Source: Camelus ferus
Taxonomy: Eukaryota
Assembly (NCBI RefSeq): GCF_009834535.1
Contig: NC_045698.1
Span: forward strand, 2,792,001 to 2,856,000
DNA: 64,000 nt
Reading direction: 5' to 3'
Shown here: positions 12,857 through 25,904 of the stretch, piece after piece
Numbering within the stretch: position 1 is the stretch's first letter
Layout: each line of letters starts with the position of its first letter
The notes under the pieces: generated by a model
Seen by the model: the letters and a program-made list of their open reading frames with translations, nothing else
What the model was told of the DNA's origin: nothing
The model's database searches: none
Translations under genes and position numbers: made by a program

Positions 12857-13385
12857 TTTATTTTATTTAAAAAAAATTTAATTGAAGTGTAGTTTAATTA
12901 CAGTGTTAGTTTCAAGTGTACAGTAAAGTGATTCAGTTCTACACATACACACACACACACACACACACATACATGTTCCATTATATGTTATTACAAGAAA
13001 TTAAATATAGTTTCCTGTGCTGTACAGTAGGTCCTTGTTGTTTATTTATTTTATAAATAGTAGTGTATATCTTTTAATTCCAAAATCCTAATTTATCCCT
13101 TCCCCATGTTTCCCATTTGGTAACCATGTTTGTTTTTTACATCTGTGAGTGTGTTTTTGATTTGTAAATAGAATTTGTATTATTTTTTTAGATTCCACAT
13201 ATAAGTGATATCATATGATATTTGTTTTGGCTTACTTCACTCAATATGATAATCTCTAGATCCATCCATATTGCTGCCCATGGCATTATTATTGCATTAT
13301 TTCATTCTTTTTATGGCTGAGTAATATTCCATCATATATATATATATATATATACACACACATATATATGCACCACATTTTCTAT
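12857..13385 (-). mobile_element. L1 LINE 3' end (ORF2 C-terminus + 3'UTR) with internal (CA)n and (TA)n
   Basis: Same 3'UTR blocks as the 5.7 kb copy, extending into tccatccatattgctgc...ttcattctttttatggctgagtaatattcc, typical antisense L1 ORF2 end. Confidence 0.93.
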
Positions 13386-13644
13386 TTTGAACATATCAAA
13401 TGTATACCAACTTGAATTAATATAGAATATCCTCTGAGGATACAGAAGTGAATGAGTAGACTGAGTTGGCAGATTGAACACAAGGTTGTACTTTTACTCT
13501 CTCCCCTTCTCCTAATGTGAAAATGCATAAATTCAAGGAAAAGGAAGATAAAGTCAACAGACTGTTGGGAAGAGAATGGCTGAGCGCTGTTCCATTACTG
13601 TCACTGCGTGTCCAAGCACCCCAGGCAGTGCTGTGCAGTGACAA

Positions 13645-14125
13645 CCACTGTCTTGTGTTCCTAGGTTCTCTGGCAGGAATCAGGAGGGGACAGCTTGCCT
13701 CTGCTCCATGCTGCCTGGAGCCTGAGCCAGAAGATCTGAAAGTAGGGTGACTGGGAGGCTGCGGGCTGACCCTGACTACTCCATCATCACGTATGGGGTG
13801 GTGAGTGCTTGGGCCCTGCTGGATTTGTCAGCTGGACCAGCCATTGGAGGAGGCCTTTCCATGTTGTCTGAAATTCCTCCCAGCACGGCTGCCTCAGGAT
13901 AACCAGACTTCTTCCCTGGCAGCTCAGGGCCCCATAGTGAGTTCTTCTGCTAAACAAGGCTAACATGTGTCCTCCTTTTTGACCTAGACTTGGAACTAAT
14001 GAAGCATCACTCCTGCTATGTTTTCTTAGTTTGACATAATGCATATGTTCGGGTTCAAAAGGAAGAGAATTCGAGTCCACCTAGTAACGGGGGAGTGACC
14101 AAGTTCTGGGAGAGCATGCGGGGTG
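13645..14125 (-). mobile_element. MaLR solo LTR (old MLT1 subfamily)
   Basis: cttgcctctgctccatg...ggcctttccatgttgtctgaaattcctcccagcacggctgcctcagg...gcatcactcctgctatg...ggttcaaaaggaagagaattcgagtccacc matches recalled MLT1G-L motifs. Confidence 0.7.
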
Positions 14126-16454
14126 AGAGACGTTACTGTGGGCGTCCTTGAAGACCACCACCTATCGCCAGCGGTAATGGACAAAGCTCACCAGAGAGCT
14201 GGGCCAAGCCCGCTTGGAGGAGGGAGGGAACACTGTTAAGGTGCAGGTAGTTCCTTGCTTCAAAGCCAGGTGGATGCAGGCAGTGTGGGTATTGCTGAAG
14301 GCAGAGTGCAGGGGGTCCTGAAAATGAGCCCATCTTTATAAGAAGCCTCTGCACCCCAGATTCCTGCCCTTTCGTGCACAGATGGGGACCACCTTTCTCT
14401 GCTCGGGCAGCACGGAGGAGGGACTCCCTGGGATCATTAAATGGGAAGACCTTGTAACAGGAGGGCAGTCACTCTGCTAACTGTACCCAAACTGAAGGTT
14501 ACAGAAGTTTGCATCCCACATGATGAAGCCCCACGGCTGCTGCTTCATCAGCTCCCCTAGCTCAGATTCCCTTCCTCGGATGATTTCTCTCCCAGGGAAC
14601 AGGTTGAAACAGGAGAAGAGACACCCAGATGGCATCTGGATGGTCCTAGTGCAGCAGCCCCGTCTATCCTCCATCACCTCAAAGTCAGACCCCAGTCAGC
14701 AGGCTCCACCCTCCACCCAGAGCCTGGGAAGACTTTTTTCTGCTCCTTTTTTTAAATATGAATGAAGCACCAAGAAGCACCAGACACTCAATGACAGCCG
14801 GAGACCAGAGTAAACAGAGATGAAAGGGGCATGGAGTCAGCAGTGACAGAGCGGGGAGGAGAAGGCGTCGCAGAGAAGACTTTTCCTCCGTAAGCTGAGA
14901 GCCAGCTGCCACCAGAACAAACATTTCACAAGAAAGTGTTCTGGAAAATTAATAGATGTAATGTATAAATATGTCTCTACGTGAATTATATATGATCTAC
15001 ACATATTTTATGTTTACATTTAAACATATAAATTGCACATATATATGTGGGAACTAAAAAAAAAATAATAAACAAAGAACAAGATGGGGAAAAATAGAGA
15101 AAGTCTTTTATACTGTAGACCAAAATACAAAGAGATGGAAAATAGGAGAAAAAGGATGAGAGAATTAGAGGACTGGTCCCTGCGCTTCATTATCTGACTA
15201 ATAAGAAACAAAACAGAGAAATGGAAATTTTTTTAAAAATAAAATGAAAGAAACTATAGGATTCTGTCAGATGCTGCATGAAGATTCTATTGATTACCCA
15301 GCACATTAAATGGTTTTTAAAAAGCTGCAGACACACACACTGTGATAAAACTTCAGAACTCTGGGACTGAAGAGAAGAATCCAAACCAGGCCAGGAGCGA
15401 GAGGAGCGACCCAGAGCCGTCTGGCGGGTGGGGAGGGGGCAAGGCTCGGGGTGCGCCTCCGCTGGAATTCCTCGTCCCGCTGCGCCGGACGCCAAGTGTG
15501 AAGGCCAAGTAAAGGTCTCAGCTGCGGACCCGGGCACTGCCGCCCGCCGAAGGCGCGCGGAGAACGTGGCCCACGGAAACCGGCATGTAAGTCAAGAAAA
15601 GGGGGAAGAGAGGCTTTAGGAAGTGGATCCCACGTGGGCAGGAGGCAGAGACGACTCCTGGAGGTCCAGGATGAGCGTGACATGGGCCCAGAGAACATGC
15701 TGCGCTGAGGCAGCGGGACTGAGGTCCAGAGGGAAGAAGACCGTGGAGCGGATCTTTTTTTTTTTTTTTTTTTTAATGTATTTTGGGAGGAGTTTGATAA
15801 ATCTCGACCAACTTGTACATCGCAAAAAACGCATATAAAAATCCTGATAATTCAAGAAACAGCAGAAAACTTGCGCAGACATGTCAGCATAACCACAGTG
15901 TGCACTGAGACCTCGATGGGAAGAAAACACCTGTGAACATCGGCACCGAGTGCTGCTTCAGCCAAAATCTAACTGCGCAGACATTGAGCGCGGGTGTTGG
16001 AAGGAACGTTGGGTGAGAGATGGAGGGGCCGTCATATAAGTGAAGTAAGTTCTAACCTTTCTTTGGAGATGAATAGATAAGGTCTAATCATTTCCCGGGA
16101 ACGGTTTATGTCTGAATTGACAGCTTCATTCTATACACATTTTGTATTTTCTGTATAACCAAAGGATTACTTCTATGCTAAGCCAGGTGTAAGAATATTG
16201 AGACCTCTTCACATGCGCAGTAAGTCATTCGATTTCAAAGGAAAAGTAGCTGATTGCTGGGTAGGCACATGCATGTCCACACACACATGGGTACAATGTG
16301 CGTGTACACGTACATACACATTTTCCCTCGCTTAAGACTGTTCTTTCATTCCCTTGTTGAACCCAGAGTTAAAGAGAACCAATGCAGAGGAACCACACGC
16401 TGTTAGCTTCCTGAAATCCACTCTGAAGCTTTCCCCGGGGGTTCAGTTCTGCTT

Positions 16455-16560
16455 CGCGGATAGACAAGTGTAACCTCACAGGTTCGAAGAGGAAGTGTCC
16501 AAGTTCACACAGCTCCCAAGCAGAAGGATGGAGACTCGACTAGACTCCGCCTGACCAAGT
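16455..16560 (-). mobile_element. MIR SINE fragment
   Basis: aagtgtccaagttcacacagctcccaagcagaaggatggagactcgactagactccgcctgacc resembles antisense MIR (tgtccaaggtcacacagct...). Confidence 0.5.
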
Positions 16561-18304
16561 CTGCTTCCACCGTCTTCCCCAGGTTGCCCGGGCGGGTGTG
16601 GGGCAGACACTCACAGGTGTGAAACACCAGGTAACTCCCAGAAAAGGGTGGGGGAGGCACATGTCTTCTGGCAGCTCAGATGAGGAGGTGCAGACCTCGT
16701 CATTCTCAAGACAGGTGAGGACCCTGATCTGCAGGGTCTCCTCCCCGTGTGGTAACTGCTGATGGAGACAGAGAGACACAGGCCCTGAGTTGAGAGCTAG
16801 CGTTGCTTCACTGTCATCCATTCAAGATTGTTCATTTGAGTTTCAGTTACATTTAACTTTGACCACATTTAGGGAGAGACGAGAACCCGTCTGCTCGTCA
16901 GATGAGGAGCTGTCACTGCCAGATGCAAACCTGAGGCCGCCCAGTCTACATTGTGAATACTTTCTTCATAGATTCTCCCCTCCTGCTTTTATGGCCCTGA
17001 GGCATTTCTGAGTTCCCAGCAGTCCAGGGTATTCCAAAGACCCCGAGTCTTGGCAGATTTTTTGGAGGCGGGGAGGTGCAGGGTGATGGTTTGTTTTTAG
17101 GAATCGTGAGGTTTCCTGCTACATGAGGACACAACGTCAAAAGGGCTCGATTTAATTTCAAAATGATAGATATTGTTTCCCCATCAGAGCAAACAGGGCT
17201 GGAAGAGGAGCTCAGAAGCAAGGGGCCCAGGGGGCTCCGGGTTTCCCGTCTGCCACCCCATCAGTGCTGCGTCTCCCGGTGGACACGGACTTCCCGCCCA
17301 CGGTCTGCTCCCCTCTGCTGGTGGCCCTGGCCCGTAGCCCCAGGGGCCGTCCCCTCCAGCTGTGAGCACCCTGGGAGAGCAGGGGCTGAGCGTGGGGGCC
17401 CACCTTTGCCCTGGCCTTCACTCCCGCTCAGTGCCTCTCTGTCAAACACCGTCATGTCCGGGCAGACCCCAGGAGGTGGGACCAGCTGTGCTGGGACTCT
17501 GGGCGGGCTGCGACAGCCATCTTTGACACCTGGAGGTTGGAGGCAGAGCTGAGCACCAAGAAGAGGGTGTTCGAGCCTGTGTGAGACCAGGGCCCTCAGC
17601 CTCAGTTTGGAGCAGGGAAGTCCTGACCCTCTTTCCCTCTTCGGCCAGGCTGAGCTGCAGTTTTGCTTGCAGCTAAAAGACTAACGGAACCCCAGATGCT
17701 TCCTCACCCCAGCCTGCTGGCCTCCATGTCCTCGTAGACCTTACCCCAGAAAAAGGGCTGCTTGCGCTCAGCAAACACACAGAGAGGAGGCCCCCGTGGT
17801 AAAATCAGAAGCAGTGAATGCTGAATTTAAGTTTGTGGTCCATTTACATCTTTACAGAGTAGCAGCAGCCTAAGCTTTTTTGAGAATCTTCAAGAAAACA
17901 GAAGAAATGAATACATTCTTTCCTGTGGTTCTGAGCAGCTCTGTGGTTCTGACCACCAAGAACCCCTTCCTGTCACCCTGTCTCACTCCAACAAGAGTCT
18001 CTGAGTCTCTGTTTTCGGCACAAACGGTGTGGTGTCCCAGTCATCCTGCAAATCAGGCTCCTCACCCCTGCAATCGGCCGTTTTTTCCAGGATTTGGACT
18101 GGCGGCACCGCGGGCGGCACTGCCTCCTCGTAACTGTGCCCCATGTCTGCTCACTGCTGCCAGGCTGGGGTTACTTCTGCCTTTTTCATAAGCAGAGCCA
18201 GAAGTCACAGGTTTCTTGAAATGAGAATAAACAGTTCATGAGAATATTCCAATTTGAATTTAGTATTATAAGACTTACCTTTTGATCTTTTTTGTACTCA
18301 TAAA

Positions 18305-18500
18305 TTTTATTTTATTTTTTATTGAAGAGTAGTCGGTTTACACTGGTGTGTCAATTTCTGGTCTACAGCATGATGCTTCAGGCATACATATGCATATATT
18401 TGTTTTCACATTCTTTTTCATTATAAGTTACTACAAAATATTGAATATAGTTCCCTCTGCTATACAGTAGAAACTTCTTGTTTATCTATTTTATTTTATT
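18305..18500 (-). mobile_element. L1 3'UTR terminal fragment
   Basis: ttttttattgaagagtagtcggtttacactggtgtgtcaatttctggtctacagc...ttgaatatagttccctctgctatacagtag...tttatctatttt. Confidence 0.9.
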
Positions 18501-18539
18501 ATTTTATTTTTTATTTCTTTTTTAAAAATTTTAATTATT

Positions 18540-18637
18540 TTTTTGAAGGAGGAAGTGACTAGATTTGTTTGTTTATTTGTTTGTTTGTTTATTTATATGA
18601 TTTTAATGGAGGAAGTAGGGATTTAACTCAGGACCCG
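18540..18637 (-). mobile_element. 5'-truncated Vic-1-like SINE (3' part and tail)
   Basis: ttttgaaggaggaagtgactagatttgtttgtttattt...ttttaatggaggaagtagggatttaactcaggacc is the reverse complement of ggtcctgggttcaatccccagtacctccattaaaa plus tail (compare 9566-9600). Confidence 0.7.
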
Positions 18638-19899
18638 ATCTTATAATTCTATTCCTTTTCTCTTTACTAAAAATTTTGTTTCTGTAGCATTAATATCTTT
18701 ACTTATTTACTTCTTTCCATAGCGTACACACTCACATGGTTTCAAAATTTTTAAGAAATGCTAATATTAATACAGAATAAGACCCCTAAATGATGTCTAT
18801 ATTTTCTATACACTTCCATTTATCCTTAAAAAATATTCTAGTTAGTATGCCCTCAAAATATTGTCTCTTAAAGTAAGTCAGTTTATTTGTTGACCGTAAA
18901 GCAGTTGAAGTGATTCTTTTTCCTGTGGTTATGTAACCAGCTTGTCACACAGTGAGGGTCATTAATTTCTTTTGCATCTAATTATAAAATACTTGAAATA
19001 TTACATTTTATGAGGTGATTATTGTATTATTCTTGGTGGGATGCATTTGATTTCCTGTAATTTGATAATATGGGTTAATGCTTCCTTTCAGATTGTAAAT
19101 TTGAAAACTTCATAAATTAATTTTACCAAACCTTCTAGATTTATGTATTTATTAAAGCATGCTGTTCACAGTGACAGCCTTCAAAGGGCCTTCCAAATAA
19201 ATACTTGACCTTAGTGTTTTCAATGAAATAAAATGACAATTATTTTAAAAGAGTAGGAAAACATAACGTTACACAAAATTTACTCTCCCAAGGAAATGCA
19301 ATTAAGCCTTGCCATTACACTTTTGCTAAATGAATCATCCTCCTCCAGTTTAAGGGAAGAGGCCAGGACAGAACTGGAACTCTTGGATAACTCAGTTTGG
19401 GTTTCTGTTCTCTGCCTTCAGTATATCCAATTGCCCATACATCATTTTTCAGTGCAGTGTGTGTGTGTGTGTGCTCTGAACTCTTTCAATTAACTTGACC
19501 AAATAGCAGTCAAACCAAGTACATCATTAGACTGTACTTGGGTTCCGAATCTTGGATTCCCAACCATCCATGAGGTATCAAACCATTTCCTGAACATTCG
19601 GAGACACTAACCACTCACATATGCAATTAAAGGAACACTTATTCTTTAGGGAAAATTTTTTTTGTTCTGATTGTTTCTCAAGTAAATGCCAAATACCTCT
19701 CAAGAATTTGGAGATTTGGGTATCAATCAATGGTTTTCTTCAAATAACCAGAAATTAGGACACGTCCACTTCAGTGACGTACAATCTCTGATTCTCGTTT
19801 GACTTCTACCAAATGTTTAACAATCTTTATTCCATGTGGATTGCTGTAGCTTTTCACCATATTGCTGTAACATTCGGAGTTTGACAATTATATCATGCA

Positions 19900-20720
19900 T
19901 TCAGCCGGGAGCTTCCTAAATTGGATGTAAGGTGCATTGCTTCAACAGAATGGCCTCCTTCTGATGTGTTTGGCCTGGTGTAAAATTAAGGCATTTTCTT
20001 CTTTCCTTCCCCACCATTTCAAACTGTATCAGCCGTTACTGAGTGCCCCATAACTGCATTTCCAACAAAGATTACACAGATATTCCTGTCCAGCTGCATG
20101 TCCTGAAGGGCTGTTCTGTGGTCTTCCGATCAGTAAAAATGCAATAACATTTTCACATAGTCAATATTTAATTCTGTAAATGCAACTGGTAGTTGTAATC
20201 TCAGTTATTAAGCACACCGTGATTTATGAGGGAGGGCAGACAGTGGTGGGGGTAAACCAGTAGGAAGGTCCTCTGGTGACAATAAAAAAGTTATAAATTT
20301 CATAGCTCTGCCTGAGAAATATATTTATATCCTGTATTAAGAATAGCTTTTTATAAATTTTAATGATCCATGTTATTAATGGGGCTGTCATCATCACTGC
20401 CTATATGAAACTACAGTCCTTGTTTTTTTTTTCTTTTACTTTTCCATCAGCTGAAGGTCTTGTGAAAAAAAAAAAAAAGAGCTCTTATTAGCAATTTGCC
20501 AAAAAAACCTTTAAGAGTTATAAGCCTATCATTGTTTCCCCGGACTGCAGAGTCTGTGAGCGGTAGTTTGCATAAAGTTTTATGACTGAGGTGCTGGCTG
20601 TACTAATTGGATGGAGCACAATCCGTGCTCTATCATGTTTACAAAGGCCGAGTCAATATGCAGGAATAAACCCAGGGCCGTATCAAAAAGAGAAGCTTAT
20701 AGATGGAATTGTCCTTCACC
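19900..20720. promoter_or_regulatory. Candidate distal enhancer / conserved non-coding element
   Basis: Repeat-free, AT-rich, high-complexity block with clustered homeodomain, TALE, SOX, POU and forkhead-type motifs (listed in findings). Conservation not tested. Confidence 0.45.
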
Positions 20721-23589
20721 TTGCCCCCTCACCCCAGCCCCTTCGCCCCCCGCTCAGCGCGTGAGTTTACACATACACGCGTGCCCAGCTGAAGCTCAAC
20801 ACTCTTCCCGACAAACTCGCCGCCCCATCAGCGCCCCTTCCAGCTTCGTGCCGACATGCCTATGGATGGAGAGGAAGAGGCAGGACCGGCTGGTGTTCTC
20901 AGCTGGGGCTGGGCCGTGCGTCCTAGATTCATACACCATTTTTAAAAACCAGATGTTTATGAAGCAATTCTAAACGTTCCAAACGGGTTTTGGCAAATGG
21001 TTCAAAGATGTTTCCTGCAGACCACGTAGAGCAGCTAGAGAATCGGCTGTTCCCTGCTGCTCGCTTTAGTGTCAATCCACTCTTTTCCCCCCAAAGATTA
21101 CTTAGAAGAGGAAACACAGTGAAGAAAAGGTGTTTGGGGCAAAACAAACATACAGTCAAACAAAACGCTATCTGGTTATTGTTCTTTATACAAAATGCTA
21201 ATTTATTGCAGTATCACTTTGTTCCAGTCAAATTTTCAGGAGGCTAAGTTTTTTAAATGACTCATTTTTTTTAAACTGTTGAATAGTTTCTTTGTATCAA
21301 CCACACAGAAAGTTTCTGAAATCTTTGCTTTGTGCTTACTCTCAATTTTAAACTGAAAAATAATGTCTATGTGTTTTTAATAAGAAGGTATAGATTAGGG
21401 ATATTGGGGAAGACAGTTTTTTTAAGACTTTATTTCCTTATAGAAGTTTTGGATTGAGACTGTTTTTTTGTTTTTGTTTTTCCACTCAACGTTTTTGTCA
21501 CCTAAAAGAAAACCATCATTTGATGAGCCTTGGCGGTGATTTATTTGAATTCATCCTGTTTTTCAGCCATTTTTCTCCTCTCGTCAAGGCTAAAGTTGAA
21601 CTCTGGATAAGATGTGAGAATCTGGGCTCACTGAACACACAATGGCTTCTTGTCTTTTCACACCTTTTTTCCTTCTGTCTCTTCTCCTGTGTTCCCTCTT
21701 CCTCTCCTCTTCCTCTCTTTACAAGCGTGGGAGACCCAGCTGAGTGCGCTTGGCTTGCTGGGTAACTTGTGATTCTGGAAGACCTTCGGAACCCTGACGT
21801 CCCTCCTCCTCACTTCTGCCCCACCTGCATTCACTGTGGGATTCACCAGCCTCACTGCTAATTTTCCTTCCCTGATTCTTCACCCCCATCCCTGTCAAAT
21901 CCCTACTACAGCCCCATTTTGCAAAACGTCTTTCTTTTTCACTCAAATCTGAATTCCACAAGTAACCAGGATTTGGATGGTGAACTTCCACCCCAAGTTA
22001 GCTTCTCAAGCCATTGGACCAAACCCACAAATCACTGTGGGCTCTCCAAGGCATGACCTACCGCATCCCTGAAGATGCAACTTCACTAGTACTCCTCCTT
22101 GTGTCTGTATGCAGGGCAGACTCCACAGGTGGCCTCCCGCCCACTGGCACCCAGACCCCAATGTTCTGCCACCTTGTGTGAAGCTCCATCCCACCCACTG
22201 TGCGCCCAGAATGACATGACTTCACCAGCACCGTGTGTTGCTTTGTTTCTCTGCTGAACTAGCATGCCTGTGAGATTGTGTGTAACAGGGAATGACTTGA
22301 ATTTGGAGACAAAAAGTGGGTGGGGAAATTGAGAGTGGGCCCCAGCTTAAAAGTGCTAAAGGCTGGGGACCACATGGCAGCCTGTGACATGAGGTACGTG
22401 AGGACATTCCCAGTCATTCTGTAGAGGAGCGAGGGGAAATCCTCCTTTCCTCAACCATCAGGGGTCAAGAAACTGGCTAGTTATAAGACTTGGGTACCAG
22501 AGTCCTCCGAACTTCTGAGTAGGCTAAATGATTTCTAACATAAGATTTAATTAAAATAACCTAATATACAAAAAATTTAAAAGAGCTGTACAATCACCTC
22601 TAACACCCCCCGTATACTATCTCTATTTAATTATTAAAATAAATATGGCAAAATGTTCAGCATGTCTTATATACAGATATGCCTGAGTCACATATGAACT
22701 TTGTCATAAGTATGATGTTTTATTATTGCTATTGTGGTTACATCAGTATAAAGTATTACCACTGAGTAAATTAAAATAACTCCTTATTACAGTCTCCAGC
22801 AATGCCCAGATTTCTCTAACCATCACTCAGTTCTATGACCGTGCATATTTTTCCACGAAAAATGCAGCTAAGATTCATGCACTATTATGCCCTTTAACCT
22901 CACTTGATCTAGGACTGTTGCCTATTTCCTCCCCTTGACATTGGTTTCTAATGACACAAGCCAGCTCCGGATCACCCTGTGCTCTACTTGTGTGCTCCCA
23001 TAGGGTCTCATTTAACTTGTGCCTCCATCCCCTGTGTTTTCCAGTATAACCTGGAAGTGATGGCCAATAGTCCACCAGGTAAGACACCTGTGTTGAGAGC
23101 TCTTTGGCTTCCCATCGTCCAACATCAGACACATGACAACAGGAGGTTTCATCTTTAGTGACACCAGTCTTGAAGGTCGTAACAGACTGACCTCTCCATT
23201 GTAAAATCTTTTTTTTCTTGTTGACAGTTTACAAGTAGTGATTCTGGTATTCACTGACAAGCTCTGCCCGCAACACTTGCTTTGGAAGGGTTACAACATG
23301 GCGACTGTCTAATGCTGCTGTTCTGCTTTATTTATCAGAGAGCGTTGCTCTACAGAGAACCTTCCTCCATCAACTGGAGATGAACTACCTTTCCTCTTAG
23401 AAGAAAGAAAGGAGGAAGCAGATGTGTTAAGAGTCATGTTCAGTTCTTGACTTTTATCCATCTTCACAGCATGGTCTGCGGGTAACAGTAAGTTTCAAAA
23501 TGGGCAAAGGACTTCCTCTCCTTCTCTCTCCCTTTCACTTGTCTCATATACTGTGGATCCAAACTTTGTTTAAATAATTATTTGCATTT

Positions 23590-24260
23590 ATTACACATTT
23601 TGATGGGAAAGCTGTTTTGACTTGGCCATTGGTCACCCCATCTATCCAGCTTCAGGTCTTTTTGATGGTCTGGCATTTGTCTTTGTGGTGCAAGACATCC
23701 AGGCTCATTTTGTAAACTGCCCGCCTCAGACCTGGAACCATCCCTTCCCCCAAGGATGCCTGGTTTCATTTACTGGAGTTCGGTATTTAGGAACTAAGGT
23801 GTGGGTGCAAAGTGTGCTCATTGCTACTGCTTGTCATAGCTTCTAGGACTTGCAGTGTATGGAAGTAAAAAACATACAAATGAAATTATGAGCCTATTTT
23901 AATGTTTTCAACTATGATTTAAATTGACAGTATTTGTATTAATGTCTTGAATTTTCCATTTGTATCTCTTTTCCCTTAAATTGAAAGGCTTGGTTTCAAA
24001 TATTAGTTTATTCGCTTTTCTGCTTTGTCCAAATAGATGAACAAGTTTCAAAAATCACATACCATTGTTCATATGTTTAATAAAGCCAATGAGTGAGGTT
24101 TAAAATATTTTTGATTCCTTTGTTGTTCTTAGAATCTGTTCTACTGAAAATGAGAGTTCAGCGTGCAGTGCTGAAAGGTTCTTTTCTCCAGGGAGTTACG
24201 TTGTTAGTCCAAAACTTGTTGGGTTTATATGTTTTAGTTTGTTTTGCTTTTAAGGATTAG
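23590..24260 (-). mobile_element. Ancient L1 3'UTR (L1MC4/L1MC5-like)
   Basis: caagacatccaggctcattttgtaaactgcccgcctcagacctggaacc...caaggatgcctggtttcatttactggag...tgtgctcattgctactg...gcttctaggac is the characteristic L1MC4-type 3'UTR block. Confidence 0.8.
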
Positions 24261-24574
24261 TTTTCCTCCACTTTTGCTTCAACTTGTCAAGTGCCATACA
24301 TTTACATGATTTATGTAATAAAGCTGCATAAAGAGGGATACTCGGAGGAGCTTCACACAACATACTGTGTTGTTTATTATTTTGAAACATTTATTTCAAC
24401 TCAGTACATATACCAGTCCCCTCCAGCCAAGCCCCTTGGCTTCCAGCTTATCACCCCAATGCTGCTTTATGCAAATATCTACATACACTGCGTTCCCCTG
24501 TCTGCCACAACTGCTGGCAATCTCCACACTATGCCCTTGCATTCTGATCTTTCATCCTGTAAATGTCAGAGTGG

Positions 24575-24810
24575 AGACATTAGGCAGTGGTCACGAGTTA
24601 GGACCTTGAAGTCAGGCAGCCTTGACTTGAGTCCTGCTTCGCCATTTACAAGCTGTGATTCCCAACCTCTCTGTGCCTTGGTTTCCTTCTTTGAAAAATG
24701 GGGATGACAATAGTGCCTATCTTTTGGGGCTGTTTTGATTATTACATGATTTAATTGTTAAAGTGTTGAGAGCAGTGTCTGACATGGAGTGGGTACTCAG
24801 TGCTATAAGC
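24575..24810 (+). mobile_element. MIR SINE, near full length
   Basis: Head gcagtggtcacgag...gagtcctgcttcgccatttacaagctgtga, core ctctctgtgccttggtttccttctttgaaaaatggggatgacaatagtgcctatc, tail cagtgtctgacatggagtgggtactcagt. Confidence 0.88.
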
Positions 24811-24826
24811 CAACGTTACCCTGGCA

Positions 24827-25045
24827 CACTGGTTCCCAGTGGGAGGGGGAGGGGAGCTGTTTTGCCCTTTAAGGGACTCTTGGTAACATCTGGAGACAAT
24901 TTTGGTTTTCGTGGTGGAAGTGGGGGTGCTTCGGGCACCTACTAGGTAGAAGAGAGAGACACTTCTAAACATTCTACAACGTACAGGGCAGACCCTCACC
25001 CAGCAAAGAATGACATGACCAAACATATCAATCATGCTGATATTT
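24827..25045 (+). mobile_element. MER20 (hAT-Charlie non-autonomous DNA transposon)
   Basis: ttttgccctttaagggactcttggtaacatctggagacaattttggtt...ctaaacattctacaacgtacagggcag...caaagaatgacatgaccaaacatatcaatcatgctga follows the MER20 consensus and is homologous to 52934-53147. Confidence 0.85.
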
Positions 25046-25904
25046 TAACAATAACAAAGTGAATCATTTTTACAACATATGAAAATGAGTGAAAAATAAT
25101 AATTTTAATAGCTAATTATAGACTTGTTTCTGTTCTTATAAAATTTTAACGCACTAAAAATAATTACTCAATAAAACCACAATAGTTCCCTTTTTTTTTT
25201 TTTGATTCGTGTGTTTCTCTACATTAAAGAAAATAATTTAACCCCCTGCTACCTGAAAATAATCACTGTCTCTCAGATGGGACTGGCATGAGATTGCTAT
25301 TCTGAACATCTCCATTAAACATACTATTCTTTAAAACTGTGTCCTCTTAGTGGAAAGGTAACGTTGAGAACAGGCTGGTCACACAGAATTCTCTTCAATG
25401 TTCGAGGGAGGAAAAGTATGTGTGGAATAAATTACGGGGAATATAAGTTTTTCTTTTGTTCACAAAGTTATGGTCATAGTCTCATGACTCCAATTACTTA
25501 GTAAAAAGGCCAACAATTTAAGAATGAGGTTATGATTTTGTCCTGTGGAAAGAGACAGGAAAACAATAACTTCTCATACAACATATTGTACTGTTTATTA
25601 TTATTTTAAAATATTTATTTCAGTGCAAGCTTTTCTTTAATGACGTTTTTCAACATTTCCTGAGGATTAAAAAAATTATATATATTTTAAGGGAAGAGGA
25701 TTGATAAGCTTATAAAAGACTCATTTCTTTAAAGTGTTCAGGATGAATATAATGGGCAGGGACAATATGCATATTGGTGTAAAAGAACTAGAACTCAAAT
25801 TTCACAGTGAATGAAGACTCTTTTGAAGACCTAAAACCACTACGTAATGCAGTCCTTACAGCAGTAAGGAAAGGACCGTCATCTCGGTGTTAGTGTCCAG
25901 GAAG

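Larger units (their letters stand above)
18215..18990 (-). mobile_element. Ancient L1M (L1MC4/5-like) 3'UTR fragment hosting younger insertions
   Basis: AT-rich sequence at 18215-18300 and 18640-18990 is loosely colinear with the L1MC-like element at 23870-24260. Confidence 0.45.

Noticed and set aside
19515..19541. 9-bp hairpin ccaagtaca/tgtacttgg
   Set aside because: Same chance expectation; no TIR/TSD structure or RNA family recognised.
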